Assembly: GCA_951406725.2 (NCBI GenBank)
Contig: OX597816.1
Span: 98,022,001-98,086,000 of the forward strand
Direction: 5' to 3'
From: Octopus vulgaris
Taxonomy: Eukaryota
Length of the DNA: 64,000 nt
Below, piece by piece: positions 53,121-64,000 of this stretch. Position numbers and translations under genes: made by a program. The notes beneath the pieces were generated by a model. The model made no database searches. It was not told the origin of the DNA and saw nothing but the letters and a program-made list of their open reading frames with translations. Numbering within the stretch: the first letter of the stretch is position 1; the number at the start of each line of letters is the position of its first letter.

Positions 53121-55844
53121 TTATGAAATGAATTTACAATGAAGTCTAGTCCACTCTTACCTCCGAATTTAAAGGGAAATAACTAAAACCATTTAAGTTA
53201 ATGTATAACACTCCTCCTTTTGCAAGCTGTTTTCTGACACCGTCATGGGAGCCTTCCTGCAGGAAGGATCAGTCAACGTAATTTTTGGCAGTGTATTTTG
53301 AGCCATTGTTTTATGTTAATAAAATAAAGTAAAAAGAAGAATTTTGTGCATGTTTGCTTAGATTTCAGGACTAACAGGTACACAACGACTTGATTCCTAT
53401 ATTTTGATATGGCAGTGTGCTATAATGTACCTTAAGTACTAGTACATGAAATATTTTCTTAAATTACACTCATAGATGATATCATACGTATTTTCACTGG
53501 TCTACAATACTAGTTAGCATTAAGTGTACGTACACAAGTAATTCAGATAAGCACATTGAGTATATAACATCACCGAATGTTAGAAAAGACAGAGTGGATC
53601 ATAATCCAAGAAAAATATTATCTCGAACTTTTGGTAATTATACAGTTTTTCCGAGTTACAAAAGCGTAAATCAAATTAGGTAAAATAGAAGGAATCTAAT
53701 TGATGTCAAAGTCAAAATTCATAACTACTGGCACAGGCCTTTTTTTAATTTGTCATAAGAAGAAGTGCAAATGTTAGTATACATTTAATGAATCACAAAA
53801 TTTCATTTTTTAGAGGCTTCGAAGTAGTTTTGATTGTGAGACTAACTGACATCAATACAAAACTGAAACCTAACTTCGGTTTGAGACTAGATGCTTATAA
53901 CTAACAAATTATGAAAAGGATTTTTCCAGTAATAACACTCGTACATCTTAACATCTTTGCATACGCCATGTATGTATCAAAGCCCTCGGGAATTAAATCT
54001 ATTAAACAATTGTTATTAATTTCAATAATACAATCTTATAAGCCGCAAGGTGAAAGATGTTACGGTTCTGTATATTTCTGTGTATTTATAAGTTTGCAAT
54101 CCACAAATTAAACAATCAAATATAATTTACACGATAAACAAATTAGTTTAATCAATAATAGAAATCTTGATTAAGATGTATTATTAGACATGGTCTGATA
54201 TACAGTGCATATTACATTATTTGTAATTCCATATTGTGAAAATGAAATTATTGATGAGACACTAATCAGCGGATAACTTGCTTTGTATTCCAGACTTGTT
54301 AAACACACATTACTTATTCGGTAATTGCAGAAAATATATTGACCAGATCTTACGTGCCATATTTAATTTTACATCACGCGGATTTTAGGACGCAGATATG
54401 GCTCAAATGGATATAAATAGTAGCCAAATCTCCCGCAAACAACACGCTAACGCCTGAATGATTGCTGGACTAAACTATTCTCGAATATAGTAGTAACAGT
54501 AACGACTGAGAGTCTTATGGAAATTTATAATATTTTTCTTACCTCTGAATTAGATCTTGTTTATTCAGTGTGTTACTACACGTTGTACCGCATCCAGCGT
54601 TTCAGGTCACAGAGATGTATGATAATGTAAATATCTAAAAATGTAGAAGGTCTAACATTGGTTACAAGAATATAGTCGAATTAATTGGCCCGTGTACAAA
54701 ACTTGTGCATAATTATTACTTAGAAAAGACAAAAAGATGCACTAGACATCTTGGATATGAACTCCATAATTAAGGAGATGCAGCTAATACGGTTTGACAG
54801 TCATGTTGGCACTATAATGTTTTTATTACGCTTTCACCATCACATCTACGAAGTGTCCTGAAATTTTAAACTTAGTTCTGTCCGAAGTGTGACAAGAGAA
54901 TCTAATATTATTGAATTGGATGATGGCTTTACAGTACTTGCGTTGTGTTACTTCAGTGAAGAGAACGTAATTAAAAGAAAATGCAATAAATGTGAGAATT
55001 TTGAAGTAATAAATCTACGTGAACAACCATTGAGAGCAAAACCTGAATAGGTTGAAATTGCGAGGTTTATAAATCGACAATGAAAACTCCGAACAGTGTA
55101 ATTACATTGGGAGAATGAAACTCACTACGTTCAGAATTTTAACAGGTGAATAGTAGAGAGATATAATGTCTGACTTCATAAAATACACTGAAGTTGATAT
55201 TCAATAGCATCAATATCAAATGGACGATTGATGTGGGTTATTTATTCCACACATAACGATATATAGTTACAATATCTAATATTCCAAAAACGATTGCTGA
55301 TAGATCTAGCGCCATTAAATATATTTAACGTAAAATACAATGACTATATTCGACATTATAAATCACGTTTTTAAATGCGCTATTGAAGAATTGGCTTTTG
55401 ATGCGTTGTTATATATTTCCATTTATTTTCCAAGTCGAAAACATTCCTTAGTGATCAACGAAATGTGTGGATTAAATGTGTTTCAAGTTTCTATCATATG
55501 TCATAATGTTCTGGGTTCATATACATTGGACGTTAATTCAACTACCTACATCGAGAAAAAACTTTTCTGCGTTTAATTTAAAACAAAAATGATAATAGTA
55601 GAAACGGCTATTTTGTAAATAATACTTTATTCTAATTTATTCCAGAAAAAATTTAATGCCACACAATCGGAGGAAGAAGGCTACCTGAAGAATTCGCCCT
55701 CTGCTCAAGACTGATACTTTATCTTACCTGGTGCCAGTGGGAAAGCTGGCGTTGTTATATACACATAGTAGTAGCAATGAAAAGATAATTAATAATAATG
55801 ATGATGATGATGATGATGTTGATGATGATGATGATGATAATACT

Positions 55845-56549
55845 TACGCCCGGCCAGTGAGCTATGGGTGAGCAGCACAGGCTCGGTTGTCATTATAGGC
55901 TTTCAGAACAAAATGAACTTAATGAATACAGTAGTTATGAAATGTGTTTTTGAGCAGACCCGTTGATGATAAAGGAAAATACATAAGAGGATATAAAAAG
56001 AGGATGCATGTCACGTGGATGGAGAATGTGGGCTCAGATTTACTAGACAAAGATTCTGTGACCAGGTAATGGGCCAGAAGGAAGAAAGAAATGCTTACAG
56101 CATTAGAACTTGTTGAATTTAAGATTAGGGTATTGGTCGAAAATACAGGGAATGAAGTAGATAGGGGTAAAGAGAAAGTTGATGACGCTATAATTAATGA
56201 AGGTGAGCGAAAGAATTATAAGAACTTAAGCATTGGGAGCATAGAAGAACTAAATGATGAGGACAGAGGAATGATCGAAAATATCACTAGTATCATTGAG
56301 GAAAACCTGGACATGGAAATAAATGGATTCAAGAAAGTAAATAGTAATTTTCTCAAGGGATGGACCCAGAATGTAAATAAAATACTGAAAGAAATCAAGT
56401 CAGTTAATACAACTGAGACGTGTTTGATTAAAAATTGCATCATCTATATAGAAAAGAAAGTAGGCCTCGAACCAAATTGTAGACGAGGAAATGAAGAAAA
56501 AGAGCATTGGAGGAAAAGAATAATAAAGCAACCTGTGAATGAACTACAA

Positions 56550-56619
<70 letters not shown>

Positions 56620-57357
56620 GTAACAATATTAATAACAATAATAATAATAATGATAATAACAACAACAACAACAACAATAATAATAATAATAATAAAAGAA
56701 GAAGAAGAAGAAGAAGAAGAAGAAGAAGAAGAAGAAGAAGAAGAAGAAGAAGAATGTACGCCACTAGCCCAGAACGAATATAAGAGATGTCACGACAATA
56801 TAGTAAGGCTTGTCCATTGCAACAAGTATGAACTTGACAGAGAAAAAAAATTGGTACGACCACAAACCCGAAGGCATTACAGATGCCTTCGGGTTTGTGG
56901 TCGTATCAGTTGCAAAGATCCTGTGGGATTTTATGATTTAGTACGACCATGAGATAGAGAATAGGAAGCCAGGCATAGTCTTAATTGAGAAAGAAAGCAG
57001 ACGATGCTGGATAATAGATATAGCATGCCCAGCTGACAACAAAGTATGCGAGAAAGAAGAAAGAAAATCGATAGATATGAAAAGTTAGCTTGGGAGATAT
57101 AGCAGTTGTGGTCGAGGAAAAAGGTGGTGGGAGTACCAATAATTGCCGGAGCCCTGGGAACACTGATAAAAACTTCGAGAAGTACATGGAACAAATAGGG
57201 GCTGCAATAAAGGTGGAACACTTGCAGAAAACCACACTGCTTGGAACCGCTCGAATACTCCGGAAGGTGCTCGAAAAATAAGAGGTGTTACCTTAGTTCA
57301 GTGGTAGTGAACATCTGACACCGTAGTACATCTCCAGCGTTAGAAGCTGTGCAAAGG
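55845..57357 (+). mobile_element. REL-type LINE: N-terminal region (55845-56548) and 3' region (56750-57357) joined by (AAT)n(GAA)n
   Basis: N-terminal RGYKKRMH.TW and LTALEL motifs. 3' part ECTPLAQNEYKR.HDN, WYDHKPE, ILWDF, RKPGIVL..IIDIACP, LLGTARILRKVLEK*. Confidence 0.75.
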
Positions 57358-57405
57358 TATTATTATTATTATTATTATTACTATTATTATTATTATTATT
57401 ATTAT

Positions 57406-57446
<41 letters not shown>

Positions 57447-57499
57447 TTCTGCTCAATCCCACAGATTTACTTGTCCGTTGTGCGGCCATAAATAGTTGA

Positions 57500-59330
57500 T
57501 CACGACCCTTTGTGACTGGCGATATGTGAATCTATGATCACAAACATGAGTAGCGGGAGAATATCACAGCCATGTATTGAAAAGGATTCTTTGGGACTTG
57601 AATAATTCACTCCTAGAAAATTGGGCTTTTCGTCTATCGTCCTTAAACAATTTTTATTCAGGGACACTTTGAGGGAGATGGACAACTCGAACTTACGAAA
57701 ATTTTAATTGGGCTCCAACCATAAACGTTGTTAATCTTGATATGAGTACACTATTGCCTGCACGTAATGTTGAACGTTGCAGAAAACATCACTGAAATTA
57801 TAAGAGAAAGCATTTGAATTTGCGAAGCAGAAGTAAGAGCAAGATGTTATCGTACTAGAATTTCAAAGTGGATTTAGTTATTTTCAAAAGAGTATTTCTG
57901 TATTTTGCCACTAAAACTGGGACAAATGAAAGATAGATATAATGCATGGAAAAAAAAGGAAATGTATAACCCTTTATTTTTCGTTGCTGACGTAAAGTTG
58001 TATCACAAGGAAGAAAGTCAATTCATTTTTTTTGTCAGCACTTTGTGCTCAAAATCAAATTTACAATTTCCAAGTGTTGTATCATGGTGAGGAAAATATA
58101 AAAATATAAAATAGATAGAATAAATCTATTGAAATAATTGAAATAAGTGAAGATTCAGATATGTTGATGCAAGTGATGGTTATGGTAATTTTGGAATCTG
58201 ATGGTATAAAGGATAAATGAATGAAAGAGAAAATCAGCAGAGAATGTTTCCGAAATGTGAGTAAGGTATTAAAACCCAATGTCATAAACACCATCACTTT
58301 CACGTTCTCAAGAGCAGTGTGCATCACCAGATAATGCCGAAATAACCAAATAGAAAAACTGAAGAAGTTGAACTGATAGATATAAATAAGGAAATTGACA
58401 TTCTACAAAGCATTACGCCAACAGTCAGCTGTTGAAATATATTTCGATAGAAGATATGGATAAAGAGGAATTATATGTGCAGGTTTAGCGGTTGAGGAAA
58501 TCGTTGAAATTCATAAGTTGCTGTTGACAGTGGCATGTTGGGAAGAGGTTCTCGCTAATGTGAGGAAAGCAGCAATGTACTCGTAGCTAGAAATCAATAT
58601 TACTGTCAGAGAAGTTTAAAGAGGAACATTTTCCCCCTAATACTGATGGATTTTGAAGAGAGAGGTTGTTTCGTATTTAGAGAATTTGATTTTAAAAGAA
58701 AGAGGTAGAGGTTTTGATCCTAGTTTCAAAAGATCAAGAATCAAAGTAATATATCTAAGAGGAAGAACAGCTGGTAAAGACGATAAGTCAACATCATGTA
58801 AAATGTTTAGTGAAAGAGAACATATGCATATAGTCTTTCAAATTAAGATTCAAGCTGAGAGGACTGCACTTGTAAATTAGCGAATCGGTGGAAAGTTTGG
58901 ATTTGAGAGCTTAGAATGCGAAGCACTGGAAGGTGTTGATGAAAATATTCATGTAAATATAGTATGAATGATAAAATATTTAAAGAGTATGATAATGGAA
59001 AATCATTATAGGGATAATTAGACGTAGATATTATGAATAAAATGGGAATATGGTGTATTATCGATATTGCTTGCAAGTTTGATGTGTTAGACAAAGAAAT
59101 CAGAAATTAGAGGATAGGAAAGCCAGTGTATTAGCAATTGTAAAATTGTCCTAATAATAATTATCACAGGAAACTTATACACGATGGTACTGGGTTTAAA
59201 TGGATGGTAGATGCGAGATACGAGTTGAATTTATGACTCTACACGACGTCCATGTGATTGACAAAACAGAATGCCGGAAGAAAAATTCTAGTTGTCTAAA
59301 CGTCTTCATATTTAGCAGTCTAATACCGGC
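57500..59330 (-). mobile_element. Possible very old APE-RT LINE relic
   Basis: Only faint motif echoes (IYHP, LLGQF ~ GDFN, SGDAHC ~ PGPDGI). No ORF. Confidence 0.25.
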
Positions 59331-59585
59331 ATTTTACCAACGAAAAGATGAGTGAAGGATAATTATAACGATGATTATGATGATCATGATGATGACAATG
59401 GCAAACGTCTTACTATATTGCTTTATAGCGGTATAATACACATCTGCTTATTTGAACGATATTCCGAAGACGTTTCAGCAATTTCATGTAGATTGGCATG
59501 CATTTAACCATACGGAACAACAGAAAGAAAATCAAAACTACTGCTACTGTACTTCTACTGCTACTACTACTTTTGCTGCAACTAT

Positions 59586-59657
<72 letters not shown>

Positions 59658-60018
59658 CGCTGCTGCTACTGCTGCTACTTCTGCCGTTGTTGCTGTTACC
59701 CCTCAAAGTCCGAACTAACTTATGGATAGAAGTGACTTCTTGTTTCCATTGGAAGAAAAAACTAAACGCTATTAGGTTATGATAAGAAGAAAAATATCCT
59801 GTTTAATAATTATAATCTCGCAAAAGTTTGGCTAGCGAATAAGGCTGAAAAGACGATATTGTAGCTTTTGTGAGTCGGTGAAATCCGTTGAATTATTTAG
59901 GCACTTTGGATCAACAAATCAACAATGAAAATTGATACTGAGTTTGTCAAATACATAACGAACTATAGGGATTACCATATCCGTTACAAGATATATATAA
60001 ACATGTGTGTGTATTAAT

Positions 60019-60059
<41 letters not shown>

Positions 60060-60199
60060 CGTGTGTATGTACGAGTGTGTGAGAGTATGTGTGCCATGGG
60101 CAAAGGAGTGGTGTTTGCATGGAGGAGTATGAGTACTCATGAATAAATTACAATCAGAAGCATATTTCAAAGACTTGTGATAGTAGAACGAGTTTACCA

Positions 60200-62120
60200 A
60201 TATTCGTACATCGGCTGTTAGTAAAGTTGGATGCTTGAATGGGATACCTCTTAGGATGAGGTGTTAATTATAGTCGTAAAAAGAACTTTAGTACTCGGTG
60301 GTTTGTAATTATTGGAAACAGTAGTCTTACCTGCATTGCTGCTGCCTTAATGTGTAAAGGGAGACGAAGCAATAATTGTTTGTAAATTTAATGACTGACA
60401 GATACATTTAGAAAATGTCATTAGGGTAAAATGCAAGCTCTATTCCCTCACCATGTGTCATATAAATCATCTGATACGGGTTGCATGTTTGTTGAAGGTT
60501 GTTCGGTATTACATTGCTTATATGTTTCCTTCAATATAATTTTGTCTATATAGGATTTGTATCTACTTTCAAGAGCCATATCGGATTCTAGTTTTTGTTT
60601 GGTTGGAATGGATAATGAATTAATCGGTTCTGTGTGGTGTCATATACGGCAGTATTTCACCTTTCTTTAGATTTTCATTATTTTACCTTTGAAGAACTGT
60701 ATGAAATTTTGAGACAGTATATTAACCGGGTTTTCCAATCTAGTATCATTGGACTTTTCTGGAGTTTAGAGCTGTTAACCAACCTTTAGATTCTGGGCGC
60801 CATGAACCAACCAGATAAGGCTGTATGTAGTATGCTGTTAATATTCTCCGACTTCTTATAATATAATAATTATATTCTCGACCGTGCAATGCGTAATTTC
60901 TCTTATCCAAACAATTTGTGCTTCAAACTCGATGTTGGCTCGCCAGTATTTTATAGCCGCGGTGGTATGGGTATATTACTGTGTCTCCAACTATCACCCA
61001 ACTTTGTGAGAGCTTGATCAGGATCAGCTCCTTATTGCCTAACACTAAAAGTCTGTGATAGGTATGTTTTCAATCTCTCTTTCATGGTGAGTGCTAAGAC
61101 CGGCAAAGTGATGTAGCCTTGGTTAATAATTTTATTCAGTTAGGTTAAGCTTTACATATAATCGGTCAATATATGGGATAGATAGTGTTTACTATGAGAA
61201 TTAACAGGGTTAGGAAAGAATATTATGATGTAGTGGGAAGGGTGTAGTAGTTTAGTAAAAGAAACAAAAAAACCAGGAAAATCAAGTCGTAGGGGTTAAC
61301 AGACTCCGGCATAGCGTAGGGGTGAGACCTAGATGTGAACTTTGCACACCAGTGCACACTATCGACTGTGAAGCATCCCCCTTTCCATTAGTAAGTCATA
61401 TACATCTAAGAAACAAAGTAAAAGGACACAATTTATATCTACTGCTTTAGATAAAACAGTTAATTACCATAAAACACTTTTTTTATATTTTTCATTATGA
61501 TAAAATCGTGGTTTTACTAGTTGTTGCTATAATAGTGTCTAAAATATAATTTCTTAATATAACTAACTCACTCGTTGCTTGTTTAGTAAGTCTACATTTG
61601 GCTTCAGCTAAAACGCTTTTGTCGACTGTAACTGAATTACGCAACTCTTGATCGGCTAAACATTTTGTTACAAAATATTTATCAAGCTTATTGGGTAATG
61701 CTAGAGCTTCTTTCTTAGCATGATATATGTTTGTGTTTATTTTTTCTTTGCAATGTACTTGTAATATATTTAGAATGAGATTTGGAATAAGTAGTTTTGA
61801 CAATCTCAATGAGATATTTTTGTTTTATCATATTAAGTGCCATTTTTACAGGTGCACTTGAATGTTCAAGTCTTCTAATTTAACTGATCTTAAGAACGAG
61901 CTTTTGAATATGAAATCACGTTTGATCAATTACACAAACATTCAAAGACATGTCTCTTGGTCGTAGCTGAGCAGTTCTAGTTTAAAATCCAAATTTTCAT
62001 TTACGAAATTGTTATCAAAGAAATGCGATTCTCAGCACATGAGTTCCAATTATAATTTCCTGCAGGGAGTAGGGATATTTTTTAGCGAATATGATAGTGG
62101 GCGCTGGTTCATTTTTGAGA
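60200..62120 (-). mobile_element. Degenerate Penelope-like relic(s)
   Basis: YSLKNIPTP (PLE N-terminal motif, about 62070-62095), SNIP..AIKYW-like RT echo (about 60940-60985), ILPYMTPH linker echo (about 60630-60656). Confidence 0.4.
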
Positions 62121-62392
62121 TGCTGTCTACTGGGAACTATTATCAACAAAAAGAAAATGCATTCATAACAAATTCCACCAAAAAACCACTATTCATTTGA
62201 TATATGGAATGTAATAAATAACAACAACAACAACAGTTATCCAATTTCATTTTCTAATTCATAGTTTAATGCATTTATTTATCAATCTAGATTTCTTTTA
62301 CTGACATTTGTTATTTTTCTGAATATTATCCCAATATTCAGTAAGTTTTTTCCCTCGTTTTCGTTTTAATCTACCATCTAAACTCTCTCTCC

Positions 62393-62395
<3 letters not shown>

Positions 62396-62466
<71 letters not shown>
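62396..62466. repeat. (CT)n microsatellite
   Basis: Direct reading. Confidence 0.95.
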
Positions 62467-62469
<3 letters not shown>

Positions 62470-63600
62470 AACACTTAATGCTTTAAAGAAATATAATAAT
62501 ACATTTCTCTTAAATTTGTTATATTCCCCAGTTACATTGAAAAAGATCTAAAATCTCTTTGGTGACTAGCTATACGCTCATACACATATACACTTAAGCC
62601 TCACATTCAACTACCTGCTCTATTTCTAATTAAAATTTATCTTGTATAGTTGTTCGTTATTTCTCACTACATCTCAAACACAAACGGAATAACTCATGCA
62701 CCACAAAAATACTGGTACTTGGACGGTTACTACGAAGAATGTTGCACTTGATTTGATCAACGAAGCAGACTGCAAGTATTTGAGCACTCCACAGATATGT
62801 GTACACTTAACATAGTTGTCAGAGAGGTTCAGCTTGACAATGTGATAAGGCAGGCCGTTTGAATAACAGATACAACTCATTTTTGCCAGTTGAGTGAACT
62901 GGTGCAACGTGAACTAAACCGCGCATGCGATAGTATGCAGAATAACCTAACAGTGAAGCCACTCGCATTCACACACACATAGTAATGAAAATCTAAAGAA
63001 AGGTGAAATACTGCCGTATATGACACCACACAGCACCGATGTTTAAGTGTCATAATTGTATCTTAGCCAATGAGTAAAACCGTTGAAATGAGGCTCCCAG
63101 TTGCTACGACCTTGTAATATTACCTAAATGTAAGGCGTCGAGCTGTCTACCAGTAACTACAAATAGAACAGGTTGAATTGTTTCTTTTCAAGATAGCGCT
63201 CTCAGCGGCCACTGGTAGTAGTAAACACATTTGACCTCAGCTGACCCAAAGGGTGAGAAGATTCTTTTATCTCTATGGCTGACACCTCCACCATCTGCCA
63301 AAGCTATTTATAGACCTGTAGAATATGATTTGTTCACCAAACTGCTACCCAACTATTTCCACCAACAAAGGTAGTGGTGGTGATGGTGATAAGGATAAAA
63401 ATTTTAAAAAATATGCTGCAGCTGCTGATACTAAATACTACTAATACTACAATAATACTACAACTACTACTATTATGATAGCATAGGAATCTGAGGCCTA
63501 AGTACCACGCTTACTACTACCAGCACCCCTGCAACTGTTGGTGTTGCTGCAAACACTGCTGCTACTACACATGAAAACAATATTATCAATAATATCATTG

Positions 63601-63697
<97 letters not shown>

Positions 63698-63708
63698 TAA
63701 TAATAATA

Positions 63709-63790
<82 letters not shown>
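63601..63790. repeat. Long (AAT)n microsatellite
   Basis: Direct reading; about 60 units with a few interruptions. Confidence 0.95.
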
Positions 63791-63793
<3 letters not shown>

Positions 63794-64000
63794 TGATGAA
63801 AGGAAACAGTTGGAGCCTCCTCAAGTGCTGATTATTGATACATCTAGTAATGGTGTCACAATAAAAACATTGGCAATTGCTCAATCTCATATGAGTGAAA
63901 ATGAAAAAACAAATTATTGTGAATAATAGTGGCAATGAAACTGAAACCAGTGATGTTGACAGTGTTACACCCGGTAGGCTCAGTGATTCTGGTCCAGCTC

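Overview
AT-rich eukaryotic DNA made almost entirely of transposon relics and microsatellites. The SINE, LINE and microsatellite repertoire looks like an Octopus (coleoid cephalopod) intronic or intergenic region; this is inferred and not database-checked. I found no convincing host protein-coding gene, and most ORFs in the track are microsatellite or antisense artefacts. Recognisable elements: several R4/Dong-like non-LTR retrotransposon fragments (REL endonuclease) sitting in (AAT)n tracts; two full-length defective mariner elements with TIRs and TA TSDs; an internally deleted Gypsy LTR element; a non-autonomous Helitron; many tRNA-derived SINEs; a CR1/L2-like LINE relic; and several Penelope-like element (PLE) relics. 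The main hidden signal is a set of at least 8 type I hammerhead ribozyme motifs (CUGANGA...GAAA...UH) from about 5 sequence-unrelated families, mostly with palindromic stem III and mostly in inverted or direct terminal-repeat arrangements. One PLE family carries a tRNA-like Pol III cassette, a microsatellite and a hammerhead in its terminal repeat. It also forms a spacerless fold-back at 236-3498, whose right arm was invaded by two (AAT)n-targeting LINEs.
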